The notes under the pieces were generated by a model. That model worked only from the letters and a program-made list of their open reading frames with translations. It searched no databases and had not been told where the DNA came from. The position numbers were made by a program, and so were the translations under genes. A stretch of DNA of 64,000 nucleotides. Source: Escherichia phage AV125. This document shows, piece after piece, positions 18,001 to 26,815 of this stretch (its first letter is position 1; each line of letters starts with the position of its first letter). The DNA lies in the sequence record OR352955.1; one strand, 5' to 3'.

Positions 18001-18216
18001 ATGAGTTCCAATTTTCTATACAAAGCAAAAGATTCACGAGATGGAGAGAACCATTGGTGGTTGATCACAGCAGATGGTGTTATCATCCTACCGTGGGACG
18101 GAGAGACGAAAGTTCAAATACTAGAGAAAGTAAAAGGTGTTAGTTTTAATGTTAGTCATGATATAACAACTTTCAAAGCTTTTGCTATGAATCCTAGTCT
18201 TGTTGCTGAATGGTAA
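18001..18216 (+). CDS. hypothetical protein
   Basis: 71 aa, RBS CAGGAGGAAG; ends ...VAEW. Confidence 0.55.
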   Translation: MSSNFLYKAKDSRDGENHWWLITADGVIILPWDGETKVQILEKVKGVSFNVSHDITTFKAFAMNPSLVAEW

Positions 18217-18229
18217 TCCAGGAGAAGAT

Positions 18230-18448
18230 ATGACTAAAATGTATGCAGCCGTTGATAAGCTGGATGGGTCTGATTCTGTTTTTATTTTGAATAAAATGGG
18301 TGTCTTAGTTTATGCCCGAACTTCTCAAAACATAGAGCACCAAGTGGAAGCAGCACAAATTTTAGAGCAAATAACCCCTCCATACCTATACTCAAATGTT
18401 GAGCGTTTTAACGATGCACTTGGTTTGACGTTAATAGCGGAATGGTAA
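18230..18448 (+). CDS. hypothetical protein
   Basis: Start at ATG 18230 (RBS AGGAGAAG); ends ...IAEW like upstream gene. Confidence 0.5.
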   Translation: MTKMYAAVDKLDGSDSVFILNKMGVLVYARTSQNIEHQVEAAQILEQITPPYLYSNVERFNDALGLTLIAEW

Positions 18449-18648
18449 TAATGGCGAAAATGTTGAAAATTGATAATGTCGTAACAATCACTACGTCCAT
18501 ACCTTGTCCTCCTATGCCTTGCCCCTATTGTGGTGGTGCAGGATATGTTATGGCGGATGTAGGTCAAATTTACGAGTGTAACCCGTGCAAAACCACAGGT
18601 TATATCCAAATAGAATCAGAGGAGAAACACTATGAGCCAAAACGCTAA
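18442..18648 (+). CDS. small zinc-ribbon-like protein
   Basis: CPPMPCPYCGG ... CNPCKTTG, four Cys in two pairs. Confidence 0.5.
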   Translation: MVIMAKMLKIDNVVTITTSIPCPPMPCPYCGGAGYVMADVGQIYECNPCKTTGYIQIESEEKHYEPKR

Positions 18649-19081
18649 AGAAAAAGAAGTAATCACAGTAATCCGTCAGATGGAAGGTGCCGAAAACAAT
18701 GCTTTTGTTACTAAGATTCTTCTTAATATCTTTGAAGATGTTATTTTAAACAATCCTGGTCATAAAGATTATCAGTATGATGTTATGATGGGTGCTTTGC
18801 TTGAGATTAACAAAAACACTTTTGCTGAATATGAGCAACACATGCTTTTACCAGAGGAAGATCAGGATTATTTGTTATCTGGTGCTTTAAGTGCACAAGA
18901 AAATTTCTACCACGTTCTTAATATGGCTTATGCAGATGAACTTGCTGTTTCCCTTGAAGAGCGTATTCAAATGGTTCGTGATGTGATGAATGAACAAATC
19001 CAAGAAGTTGAAGACTTGGTAGCAGAACCTTTAGCAGAAATTCGTGCAGCTATTGAAAAACAAAAAGGAACTCAATCATGA
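18632..19081 (+). CDS. hypothetical protein
   Basis: 149-aa ORF. Confidence 0.55.
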   Translation: MSQNAKEKEVITVIRQMEGAENNAFVTKILLNIFEDVILNNPGHKDYQYDVMMGALLEINKNTFAEYEQHMLLPEEDQDYLLSGALSAQENFYHVLNMAYADELAVSLEERIQMVRDVMNEQIQEVEDLVAEPLAEIRAAIEKQKGTQS

Positions 19082-19245
19082 TGCAAGTAGGTGATGTGGT
19101 TTGCCTTAAAGGTGCAAACAAACAAATGACAGTAATAGAAAGTTATGGTGAATCTTGTAAAGTAACTTGGTTCGATGAAAACGGGGAATTGCAACACGCC
19201 ATATTCGATCAAAAAGCTTTGAGGAAGGTTGAAGAAAAAGAATGA
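19078..19245 (+). CDS. small hypothetical protein (55 aa)
   Basis: ATG overlaps upstream stop; ATGA overlap with next gene; below track cut-off. Confidence 0.35.
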   Translation: MMQVGDVVCLKGANKQMTVIESYGESCKVTWFDENGELQHAIFDQKALRKVEEKE

Positions 19246-19505
19246 GCCATCCGTCAATATTTTTCTGTTTTGTAGATCTTGAAAACGAGTCTTTAATCGT
19301 TGATAGTGAGGGTTACTTCACTTATTGGGAATCCGAGCACGAAACTATAAGTGTAGTGAAAGAAATTATGCAAACCAATCCAAGCCTACCAGCGCATAAG
19401 TACGGTATTGCAAAAGTGTTTGTTACTAAAACAGAGTACACAAAAGAGCGAAGCACTTTGTACCATAATATTGAAGTGATTCACTATTTCAAAGATGTTA
19501 TTTAG
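19242..19505 (+). CDS. hypothetical protein
   Basis: 87-aa ORF. Confidence 0.5.
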   Translation: MSHPSIFFCFVDLENESLIVDSEGYFTYWESEHETISVVKEIMQTNPSLPAHKYGIAKVFVTKTEYTKERSTLYHNIEVIHYFKDVI

Positions 19506-19513
19506 GAGGTTAT

Positions 19514-20122
19514 ATGGAAGAGAAGATTTGGGATGGTAAAGATCCTTTAGAAGTTGGACACGTAGCGCGTGTCAAAAAATCTACTACAGGTCCTGGTTTT
19601 TCTGGTTTGTATCATATACCAGAAGAAGGTCAGCACGTTACAATTTTGGCTCGTGACAAACAAAACGGAGCAACGCCTGTGTGGATTGTTCGTTGGTATG
19701 ACAAAGATCTTAACATTTGCTTGTCACCTATTATGGCTCATTTGCTGGAAGCCCCTTGCTCTGAAGAAGCTCTAATTTTTGTTTCGGCTTTTCAGAAAGC
19801 CACAGGTTTAACATTAGATGCAAAAGATGTGCAAAAAGCATTTGACATTATTCAGGAAGACAACGATACTACATCTAACGACGAACTGGTTGAAGTTACA
19901 ATCTTATCTTCAGCAGATATCCGAGAGATTGATAATTGTGATTTTCCAATCACATTTAAAATGTCGCAGAAAGACATGCAGTCATCTGGAAGTTGTTTTG
20001 GTATACCTCGTTGGTTTTTTGATTCTATCAAAAATTCTACTACAGAGGGATCAGACTATGATCAAGATGACGTGCTTTGGTTCTTAAAAAACCGAGAGAT
20101 TGTTCTCTCACCACTTAAATAA
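19514..20122 (+). CDS. hypothetical protein
   Basis: 202-aa ORF, RBS TAGGAGG. Confidence 0.55.
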   Translation: MEEKIWDGKDPLEVGHVARVKKSTTGPGFSGLYHIPEEGQHVTILARDKQNGATPVWIVRWYDKDLNICLSPIMAHLLEAPCSEEALIFVSAFQKATGLTLDAKDVQKAFDIIQEDNDTTSNDELVEVTILSSADIREIDNCDFPITFKMSQKDMQSSGSCFGIPRWFFDSIKNSTTEGSDYDQDDVLWFLKNREIVLSPLK

Positions 20123-20131
20123 GGAGAAATA

Positions 20132-20233
20132 ATGGTTTCATTTATCGTAGGTGTAGTTGTAGGCTATCTTATTAACAAATATCAAGACGTTATCACGGCA
20201 AAAGTAAAAGACATTTTAGACTCATCTAAATAA
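20132..20233 (+). CDS. small hydrophobic protein (33 aa)
   Basis: RBS AAGGAGAAAT, MVSFIVGVVVGYLINKYQ...; followed by terminator. Confidence 0.35.
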   Translation: MVSFIVGVVVGYLINKYQDVITAKVKDILDSSK

Positions 20234-20242
20234 TCTATCAAA

Positions 20243-20270
20243 GCTGCATCTTCAATAGGTGCAGCCTTTT
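20243..20270 (+). terminator. rho-independent terminator
   Basis: GCTGCA-loop-TGCAGC hairpin then CTTTT. Confidence 0.55.
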
Positions 20271-20285
20271 AAAAGGAGATATGGC

Positions 20286-20459
20286 ATGACTAAACGCACT
20301 GATTTTAAATGTATGCATTGTGGGAAATCTTTTGGGGATCATCAAGCTCGCACATTCAACTGTCCACGTAAAGGTCGCGGAAATTTTAAAGGTTTTAATC
20401 CCGCACATGTTTATTCTCCAGATTACGATAAGCCAGAAGAAGAAAAATTTGTTATTTAA
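20286..20459 (+). CDS. small Cys/His-containing protein
   Basis: Start at ATG 20286 (RBS AAGGAG); CMHCGK...H...CPRKG. Confidence 0.5.
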   Translation: MTKRTDFKCMHCGKSFGDHQARTFNCPRKGRGNFKGFNPAHVYSPDYDKPEEEKFVI

Positions 20460-20471
20460 TAAGGAGGTCAT

Positions 20472-20753
20472 ATGGAACTCGTTCAAGAATTGTATAATGC
20501 TTTAGGAGCAAAAGGAAAAGATTGGCCCGAACATGCGCTTATTGCTATAAGAGACTCCGATGGTGAGATTAAGTTTTCAAGCGTAAGTAAAGAGCACATC
20601 GTAGAAACAAAACTGGGTATTTACATGCGTGGAACTTATTGCTTATTCAACACCAGAATGGTAGAAGCCCCTGTTATCGAGGATGGAACAAAAGATTGCC
20701 CCACAATCGTAACAAAATCTGAATATGAGAAGTTTTTCTACGCTAAGGCTTGA
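20472..20753 (+). CDS. hypothetical protein
   Basis: 93-aa ORF, RBS AAGGAGG. Confidence 0.55.
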   Translation: MELVQELYNALGAKGKDWPEHALIAIRDSDGEIKFSSVSKEHIVETKLGIYMRGTYCLFNTRMVEAPVIEDGTKDCPTIVTKSEYEKFFYAKA

Positions 20754-20797
20754 CACAGAAACAATACTATAGGATAGTGATCCTATCGTAGCAATAG

Positions 20798-20820
20798 AAC
20801 CCGCTTCGGCGGGTTTTTTC
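20798..20820 (+). terminator. rho-independent terminator
   Basis: AACCCGC-ttcg-GCGGGTT followed by TTTTT. Confidence 0.75.
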
Positions 20821-20844
20821 ATATCTGTAGCAATAGGAGGTCGT

Positions 20845-21075
20845 GTGTTAAATAAAATCGAAGAAGGTTGTATGGCATTTTTGGTAGATAACCCGTTTCC
20901 CTTTATGGTTAAGGTCCATGTAGGAGAGTATTTAGGTTATGACGAATGGGATTGTAGTATCAATAGTGAAATGCACCACTACCAACCAACAATACTTAAG
21001 ACGGATCAAATGGCGCGTATTACAGTAGAGGATGAATTGATCATTGAGTTATACGAGAGAGCACTACCCAAGTAA
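20845..21075 (+). CDS. hypothetical protein
   Basis: 76 aa, GTG start after RBS AGGAGG. Confidence 0.5.
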   Translation: MLNKIEEGCMAFLVDNPFPFMVKVHVGEYLGYDEWDCSINSEMHHYQPTILKTDQMARITVEDELIIELYERALPK

Positions 21076-21120
21076 GCTAGAACCCACCTAAATCGAACAG
21101 AGACGCTCTAAAATAGAAAA

Positions 21121-21149
21121 GGCACCCACTTGGGTGCCTTTGTTTTATT
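21121..21149. terminator. bidirectional terminator between convergent gene blocks
   Basis: GGCACCC-actt-GGGTGCC hairpin flanked by A-run upstream and T-run downstream; sits where the plus-strand block meets the minus-strand block. Confidence 0.7.
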
Positions 21150-21417
21150 CTTCGTTAGATTGCGTCTCAGACGCGTTAAATTCGGTTTCAGTACAACTTG
21201 CTAGGTAACTTATATTTTGCATCACTACAACTACAGGTGTTTGAAGTTTATCTTCTAGCCCCGCAGCCACTTGAGCCAAGGCATTATCAATATTTGATTT
21301 CCTAACGCCTGTTCCATGTCCTGTTGCCAAGTAAAGATTACCTTCCCCTTTTTGTGTAGCATTGGCAAAGTAGTAAACGTAATGTGCAAGGTAGTAATCA
21401 CGGATTTCTTCAGTCAT
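21145..21417 (-). CDS. hypothetical protein
   Basis: 90-aa ORF, last gene of minus-strand block. Confidence 0.5.
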   Translation of the reverse strand: MTEEIRDYYLAHYVYYFANATQKGEGNLYLATGHGTGVRKSNIDNALAQVAAGLEDKLQTPVVVVMQNISYLASCTETEFNASETQSNEE

Positions 21418-21437
21418 TTTATTCTCCTAATAAGAAA

Positions 21438-21451
21438 GGGGCCGAAGCCCC
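21438..21451 (-). repeat. intergenic UUCG-tetraloop hairpin (GGGGC-UUCG-GCCCC on transcript)
   Basis: GGGGCCGAAGCCCC; same element recurs at 33531 and 39698. Confidence 0.6.
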
Positions 21452-21460
21452 TTGAGTGGT

Positions 21461-22276
21461 TTATTTGTTTAAGTGGTCTTCGACCATTTTAATGAAACCT
21501 TCATTGCTGAAGGCTGTTGCAGCTTTTTCTCGGTAAACAAAAACTCCACGATCTTCATAGAGAAGTGTTTCTTCGTAATTAACTCCAGGGTTAACTACAA
21601 CCATTTTTGTACCCATACTAAGTGCAGGAAATAATTCCCAATTAAAATTGATAACTTGGTTTGAACATCCTACTACTACAACCAAATCTTGCATGGTCAA
21701 AGTATCGAACAAGTGAGCCATATCTGCATACAAAGGTGCAGCCTCACCAAAAAATACAACATTAGGCTTCACCCAGTTATAATCATCTATGTTTATACTA
21801 TTGTAACCAATATCTACCAGTGTTTTGTAATCTCCAGGATGCATACGGTAAACTACTTCAGGAAGATATCCGTGTACGTGAATAACAGAATCTCTGTCTA
21901 CACCTGCTCGCTCTAGCAGATCATCAACGTTTGTTGTCAAGTTTACTATTTGGTTAGGATATTCCTTAAACCACTTTGCTATTTGAATATGTGCAGCATT
22001 AGGTTGTACATCTTTAAGCTCAACACGTCTTTTGTTATAAAATTCGTGTGTTTTGGCATACAAATCCATACCGTTCTCGTCTACACCACCGACCACTGGA
22101 AGATCTGGAGATGTTCTAACACGATAACCTGCTTGGAAAGCTCCAATATCGCAGACCTCTTCTAAATCATATTCTTCCCATAAAGCACGACCACTATCTG
22201 TGTCTGTTCTAAATGTTCGAATCCCACTGTCTGCACTTAAACCTGCACCGCTTACAAAAATCACTCGTCTTGGCAT
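21461..22276 (-). CDS. Sir2-family (sirtuin-like) protein
   Basis: VIFVSGAGLSADSGIRTFR (sirtuin GAGIS-x-GIP-x-FR motif), HVHGYL, VVFFGE, VVVGCSNQV; lacks the Cys4 zinc module. Confidence 0.65.
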   Translation of the reverse strand: MPRRVIFVSGAGLSADSGIRTFRTDTDSGRALWEEYDLEEVCDIGAFQAGYRVRTSPDLPVVGGVDENGMDLYAKTHEFYNKRRVELKDVQPNAAHIQIAKWFKEYPNQIVNLTTNVDDLLERAGVDRDSVIHVHGYLPEVVYRMHPGDYKTLVDIGYNSINIDDYNWVKPNVVFFGEAAPLYADMAHLFDTLTMQDLVVVVGCSNQVINFNWELFPALSMGTKMVVVNPGVNYEETLLYEDRGVFVYREKAATAFSNEGFIKMVEDHLNK

Positions 22277-22746
22277 TCTTCCTCCTCAAATGGATCATAA
22301 GAATTGTACTCGTAAGTATCATCTTCTGAAAATTCTACTTCGAAATAAATATCAAACTCTGCAAACAGACGTAGGATGTTAGACATGCTGTAATAATTAT
22401 CGTAGGCAGATTCAGCTTCATAGTAAACATAAAGCCAATGGTTAGCCTTATCATCTTCCAAATATTTCCCGTCTGCATACGCATAGTCTGCATATGCTTT
22501 ACCTGCATCTTCCACAAGAGAACGATCAAGCAGAGTAGGAAATGGTTTCTCTTTTTCTTTTAGTTTGCTCACTAACCAATGTGCAATATCATTCCATTCT
22601 GCATCCATACCACTAAAGCAACTTGCTTCTTCTCCAAAAGAAGCTTCTCCTAAATCGCCACTAATACGAATAACATTAGATGAATTATAGCCACACGTTT
22701 CACAATCAGAGTAACTATTATGCACATTGACATTTACTTGAAACAT
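22261..22746 (-). CDS. acidic hypothetical protein
   Basis: 161-aa ORF, Asp/Glu/Tyr-rich. Confidence 0.5.
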   Translation of the reverse strand: MFQVNVNVHNSYSDCETCGYNSSNVIRISGDLGEASFGEEASCFSGMDAEWNDIAHWLVSKLKEKEKPFPTLLDRSLVEDAGKAYADYAYADGKYLEDDKANHWLYVYYEAESAYDNYYSMSNILRLFAEFDIYFEVEFSEDDTYEYNSYDPFEEEECQDE

Positions 22747-22766
22747 ATTCCCTCCTATAAAAGAAA

Positions 22767-22787
22767 AGCCCCCTGAAACAGGAGGCT
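22767..22787 (-). repeat. intergenic stem-loop
   Basis: AGCCCCCTG-aaa-CAGGAGGCT, one mismatch. Confidence 0.4.
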
Positions 22788-22804
22788 TTGTTCAGATGTT
22801 GGCA

Positions 22805-23458
22805 CTATACCAGACTTTGTAGGTATTTGTCAAGGGCTTCTTGATCGCCTTGACAAACATAGCAACGGAAGTCTTGAGCCGAAGGTTGTTTATTTTCATC
22901 CCAGTCCCAATAAACATTACCCTTATAACGTGAACCAGGAAACTCAAAAGAGGCTGTATGTGTAATGTATCCTGGGCCACCAGTGAAATCACAGAATGAG
23001 AATTGGGGGTATGCCGCCTTTACTGCCTCAATAAACCAAGCTTTACGATCTAAAGCTTCATTGATGCTATACGCATGTCTCTCCATTTCTTCCCACGTTT
23101 TCCAGACACTTCTCTCATCAGGAGAAAAGACAAGCCATTCTGGAAGGTATAGAGTGTCATAGTAATCATCATATTCGATCTCGGAGGCGCACGAAGCTGA
23201 CTCCTCCAGTTTTGAGTAATCAAAAGCAGAATATACCCACCAACCATCTTCCAGTAACGCTTTGATAGGGACGAAGCCTTTATCAGCATATTGATCGAAT
23301 TGTTTGACACGGTGGCTTGTGCAGTCTTCAAACTCACATTCTAAACGATATGCACCTTTTCGACGAGCCTCAAGACCGTGTGTACTGAAAATAACAACAC
23401 TTCCTTCACCATCATTACGATCTACTTGATAAGCAACCACTGGTTTTGAATTTGACAT
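22805..23458 (-). CDS. hypothetical protein
   Basis: 217-aa ORF. Confidence 0.55.
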   Translation of the reverse strand: MSNSKPVVAYQVDRNDGEGSVVIFSTHGLEARRKGAYRLECEFEDCTSHRVKQFDQYADKGFVPIKALLEDGWWVYSAFDYSKLEESASCASEIEYDDYYDTLYLPEWLVFSPDERSVWKTWEEMERHAYSINEALDRKAWFIEAVKAAYPQFSFCDFTGGPGYITHTASFEFPGSRYKGNVYWDWDENKQPSAQDFRCYVCQGDQEALDKYLQSLV

Positions 23459-24141
23459 TATTTCTCCTTATCTAGAAGATTGTTAGACAAAAACACTGCA
23501 CGAGCAAAACCACGTGCGGTTAGTGATCTAAGTTGTTTTGTTTTTGCACTAGCTCCACCTAAGCTTTTCCAACCCCAGAAGCAGCCTATATGATCTACTG
23601 GTTTCTTCACTGGTTGAACAAAACCATTGCCGTGCCAAATACAAGTTTTCTTTGTATACCCATCACGGGTAGGCATTTTAGGATGAAAGCTTCCTTCCTC
23701 TTCAAACAAATACCCACCATACTCATAAGGATCAAAGTAAAAATCGGGTTTACGCCATAAGGTTGAAAGTTTACCTACTGGGTTCTCAATCATCCAAGGA
23801 ACATTATATTTGTTACCCAAAGCTTCCACTACACGAATATTAGCTAAAGCTTCATCCAATTCCTCTGTGCTGCGTTCGTGTTTGCTACCACTACCTGCTA
23901 ACATAGTGCAAGGTGGAAATCCAAAAATAATATCGGGTTTAGGTATCCCATGATCTTCAGGGTTGAATGTAGAATCTATCCAGGTATTCACATAGGTTAT
24001 GTTTGGGTGCTCCATCCTAACCTCGTATTTACCGTGATCCCCTTCATCAGCGTTTACACAAAAACACTTGTGACCTGCTTCGGCATAACGTAACACCATG
24101 ATCCCAGATCCGTCAAACATAGACAAAACTGTTTTACTCAT
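23458..24141 (-). CDS. compact cytosine-C5 methyltransferase-like protein
   Basis: Start at ATG 24141 (RBS GGAGGGG); LSMFDGSGIM (motif I FxGxG), GFPPCTMLAGSG (motif IV Pro-Cys), MIENPVG (motif VI ENV-like); only about 227 aa so little room for a target-recognition domain. Confidence 0.5.
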   Translation of the reverse strand: MSKTVLSMFDGSGIMVLRYAEAGHKCFCVNADEGDHGKYEVRMEHPNITYVNTWIDSTFNPEDHGIPKPDIIFGFPPCTMLAGSGSKHERSTEELDEALANIRVVEALGNKYNVPWMIENPVGKLSTLWRKPDFYFDPYEYGGYLFEEEGSFHPKMPTRDGYTKKTCIWHGNGFVQPVKKPVDHIGCFWGWKSLGGASAKTKQLRSLTARGFARAVFLSNNLLDKEK

Positions 24142-24547
24142 TACCCCTCCATTCAAGACAAGCCATAACTTTACGCCAATCACTTTCTGTAAGAAAAATC
24201 TCGTTTGCTTTCTTCCACAAATCTAAATCGTGAAGGGTTGGAATACGATATGTTAGTTCACAGAATCTATGCTCTTCTTCTGTAATATAACCAAAATGCA
24301 GAGCCACATCGTGAAACCAACACCAACCATGCATCTCTCGAACAACATGGTCATGCTGAGACATTGTTTTATGCCGTAAACCTAACCAACAAGGAACAGA
24401 TATTTTAGTAGTCTTTAATCTGTGATCAACAGTATTAGAGTATTCAATAATAGCTGTCAGTTTCAATCGTGCTTTTTCTAAATCCTCATGGGTCACTTTG
24501 AAATAACTTTCTGAAAGATATCCACACATATTAATAACCTCCTTCAA
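24134..24547 (-). CDS. hypothetical protein
   Basis: 137-aa ORF, Cys/His/Trp-rich. Confidence 0.5.
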   Translation of the reverse strand: MKEVINMCGYLSESYFKVTHEDLEKARLKLTAIIEYSNTVDHRLKTTKISVPCWLGLRHKTMSQHDHVVREMHGWCWFHDVALHFGYITEEEHRFCELTYRIPTLHDLDLWKKANEIFLTESDWRKVMACLEWRGNE

Positions 24548-25472
24548 AAGGCTTAACTACATGTTGATTAGCTTTAAAACGTTCAACATAGTCATTTTCG
24601 CCCATGTTTTCATATAGCTTAGTAACAACATAAAAGTTTTCCCAAGCATATTCCCTAAACCAACCACTAGTGATGGATGTGCAGACTTTAGATAAAGCCA
24701 TTATAAAACTTTGCTTAGGGGTTGGACCTCCAATCTCTTCACCGAAAGGAATTTGTGAACGTTCCAAAGCCAAAACACACGCTTCTTCATAAACACCTAA
24801 CAGGCGCACATGTTTTGGTTGAGCAAAAAACTTTTCTTTGCTGGTCATAACTTCACTTCCATCTTTCATATAAGATTTATATGCTGGAGCATCCATTAAC
24901 GCGATTGCTTCATGGATAGAATCATGATCATAAACATACGGAACCTCGTCACCTTTAAAGAAGTCTTTACTTTTTACGTTTAAGTTCGGATGAGAGTAAG
25001 TGTATGTTTCTTTCTCACGCAACTCATAAATACTCTTAAGATTTTCTGGGATCTTTGCGCCCAGTGACCGCATGAAATGAATATCTTTCATAGTTTTAAA
25101 GAAATGAGGACTATCCTTTTTAAAACGATGACTCATTTTAAGAAGGTAGAGCACATCTAAAGGAGCAACAACATGTCCAGCGTAAGTTCGACGAACATCA
25201 TCAGAATCTTCACAATAACTAATCAAAGCTTCTGTGCTATCTCCTTGAGAAGCAATATCGTATTCCAAATGTGCACCAGTTATCATTTTGACATGGCCTT
25301 TGTTTCCTTTACGTTCTACAAGTTCAACAAACTCCTCTTGAGAGAACATTTTTGATAATTCTTCCCACTCTTGTTCTGTACACAGGTAATCTAAATCTAC
25401 ACAAGGGCGATACAAGTCTTTTCCCATGTCCATAGCATGAATTTGCAATGCACGGCTACCAATTAACACCAT
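24531..25472 (-). CDS. hypothetical protein, possible Pol-beta-superfamily nucleotidyltransferase
   Basis: 313 aa; N-terminal LIGSRALQIH...CVDLDYL resembles the GS...DxD nucleotidyltransferase signature but spacing is atypical. Confidence 0.5.
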   Translation of the reverse strand: MVLIGSRALQIHAMDMGKDLYRPCVDLDYLCTEQEWEELSKMFSQEEFVELVERKGNKGHVKMITGAHLEYDIASQGDSTEALISYCEDSDDVRRTYAGHVVAPLDVLYLLKMSHRFKKDSPHFFKTMKDIHFMRSLGAKIPENLKSIYELREKETYTYSHPNLNVKSKDFFKGDEVPYVYDHDSIHEAIALMDAPAYKSYMKDGSEVMTSKEKFFAQPKHVRLLGVYEEACVLALERSQIPFGEEIGGPTPKQSFIMALSKVCTSITSGWFREYAWENFYVVTKLYENMGENDYVERFKANQHVVKPFEGGY

Positions 25473-25537
25473 AATATTTCTCCTCTATTGGTTGATAGGT
25501 TAAGTTTATCAAGCTTCCAGATTCCTGTCAATAAAAA

Positions 25538-25553
25538 ACCCGCCGAAGCGGGT
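25538..25553 (-). repeat. intergenic UUCG-tetraloop hairpin
   Basis: ACCCGC-CGAA-GCGGGT. Confidence 0.55.
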
Positions 25554-25562
25554 TATTATTTA

Positions 25563-25835
25563 CTAACACATTGAGGAAGAAGAGATCCAAACACCTCTTG
25601 TGGTTAAACCATTTTCATCCAACTCTACACCATAATCTTCACAAATGAAATCAATATAGTGATCTGCGGCTGGCGTTCCTGTAGGGTAATAAGTTTCTCC
25701 GTTACCGTAGTCACCTATCCAAGCTTGTTCCTGAAACTGTTCACAAAGTTCTTCAATTTCCTTACGAAACTTTCTTTGTGCTTGTTCCATCTCTTTAACT
25801 TTCTTTTTTATCAGCAGTTCGCCTTCAGACTCCAC
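25563..25835 (-). CDS. family C small acidic protein (paralog 1 of 3)
   Basis: 90 aa ending ...RGVWISSSSMC. Confidence 0.55.
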   Translation of the reverse strand: MESEGELLIKKKVKEMEQAQRKFRKEIEELCEQFQEQAWIGDYGNGETYYPTGTPAADHYIDFICEDYGVELDENGLTTRGVWISSSSMC

Positions 25836-25844
25836 AATCTCTCC

Positions 25845-26063
25845 TTAACAGCTACTACTGTGCCAAACGCCTTGAGAATTAACGACGAAACCATCATCAC
25901 CTTCACCATAACAAGAAGAGGATTGCCAATCTTCAAAACAGATTGCGTCATCTTCTAAACTAAGACCAAAACCAGCATCTTCAGCTTCTTTTGTAAGTTC
26001 GTCCACTAAAGCCATAATAGCTTGGGCTTTTTCAGTTAATTCTTCAACATTACGATAACTCAT
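25845..26063 (-). CDS. family C small acidic protein (paralog 2 of 3)
   Basis: Start at ATG 26063 (TAATG overlap with upstream stop); ends ...QGVWHSSSC. Confidence 0.55.
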   Translation of the reverse strand: MSYRNVEELTEKAQAIMALVDELTKEAEDAGFGLSLEDDAICFEDWQSSSCYGEGDDGFVVNSQGVWHSSSC

Positions 26064-26371
26064 TAGTATTTCTCCTCTGGTTGGAAAACGGAACGACAGG
26101 CCCACATAGAAGCTTCTTTCAACTTAGTCTTTGCTATTGAAATTTGGTCAAGGCGGGTGGATATATTGGTAGACTCTTCCAAATCTTCACAATCGTCCAG
26201 TTCAGCCCACAATTCAGACATTAGAGCATCAAAGATTAATCCTAATCGAACTTCAGCATCTTTAATAGCATTCACTTTACCAATTTTGTCATCGGTATGC
26301 GGTTTATAACCTTTGATATCTTCGATTCCCACTTTACCTCCTATTAACAACTTAAAGAAGATGGATGCCAA
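26063..26371 (-). CDS. hypothetical protein
   Basis: 102-aa ORF. Confidence 0.5.
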   Translation of the reverse strand: MASIFFKLLIGGKVGIEDIKGYKPHTDDKIGKVNAIKDAEVRLGLIFDALMSELWAELDDCEDLEESTNISTRLDQISIAKTKLKEASMWACRSVFQPEEKY

Positions 26372-26541
26372 TTTGTTCCAGTGTTCTCATTTTCGTCTTC
26401 TGGATCATAATAACCACCCATCCCATATTCAGGGGAGAAACGGAAACCTTTACCAGTCTCATCTGCTAACTGCTCTGCTTCCGCTAAAGCCTCATAAGCT
26501 GCTTTTACGGCTTCTTCTACTGTTTTAAACTTGGTCGTCAT
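26344..26541 (-). CDS. family C small acidic protein (paralog 3 of 3)
   Basis: 65 aa ending ...TNWHPSSLSC. Confidence 0.5.
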   Translation of the reverse strand: MTTKFKTVEEAVKAAYEALAEAEQLADETGKGFRFSPEYGMGGYYDPEDENENTGTNWHPSSLSC

Positions 26542-26815
26542 AAAATTTCTCCTCTCCTAAAGACATGTTGACATGAAATGCGCGGTATGTAAATTCGTTG
26601 TCCGTTGTGTTAGAATAAAACTCAAATTGAACAACACCGTCTTGAGAAGACAAATACATGCCAATTTGAACTGTTCCTTCTGGTACCAGGTAAGCATACT
26701 CTGGACGTAGTGTTACATTGTAAAAATAAAGTTCCCCAACACCCATTTCATCCCAAGCTTCCCAAGCGGTAACGAAGTTACTTTCAAAACTTGTTACTGA
26801 TCCGAACTCTGCCAT
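26525..26815 (-). CDS. hypothetical protein
   Basis: 96-aa ORF. Confidence 0.5.
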   Translation of the reverse strand: MAEFGSVTSFESNFVTAWEAWDEMGVGELYFYNVTLRPEYAYLVPEGTVQIGMYLSSQDGVVQFEFYSNTTDNEFTYRAFHVNMSLGEEKFYDDQV

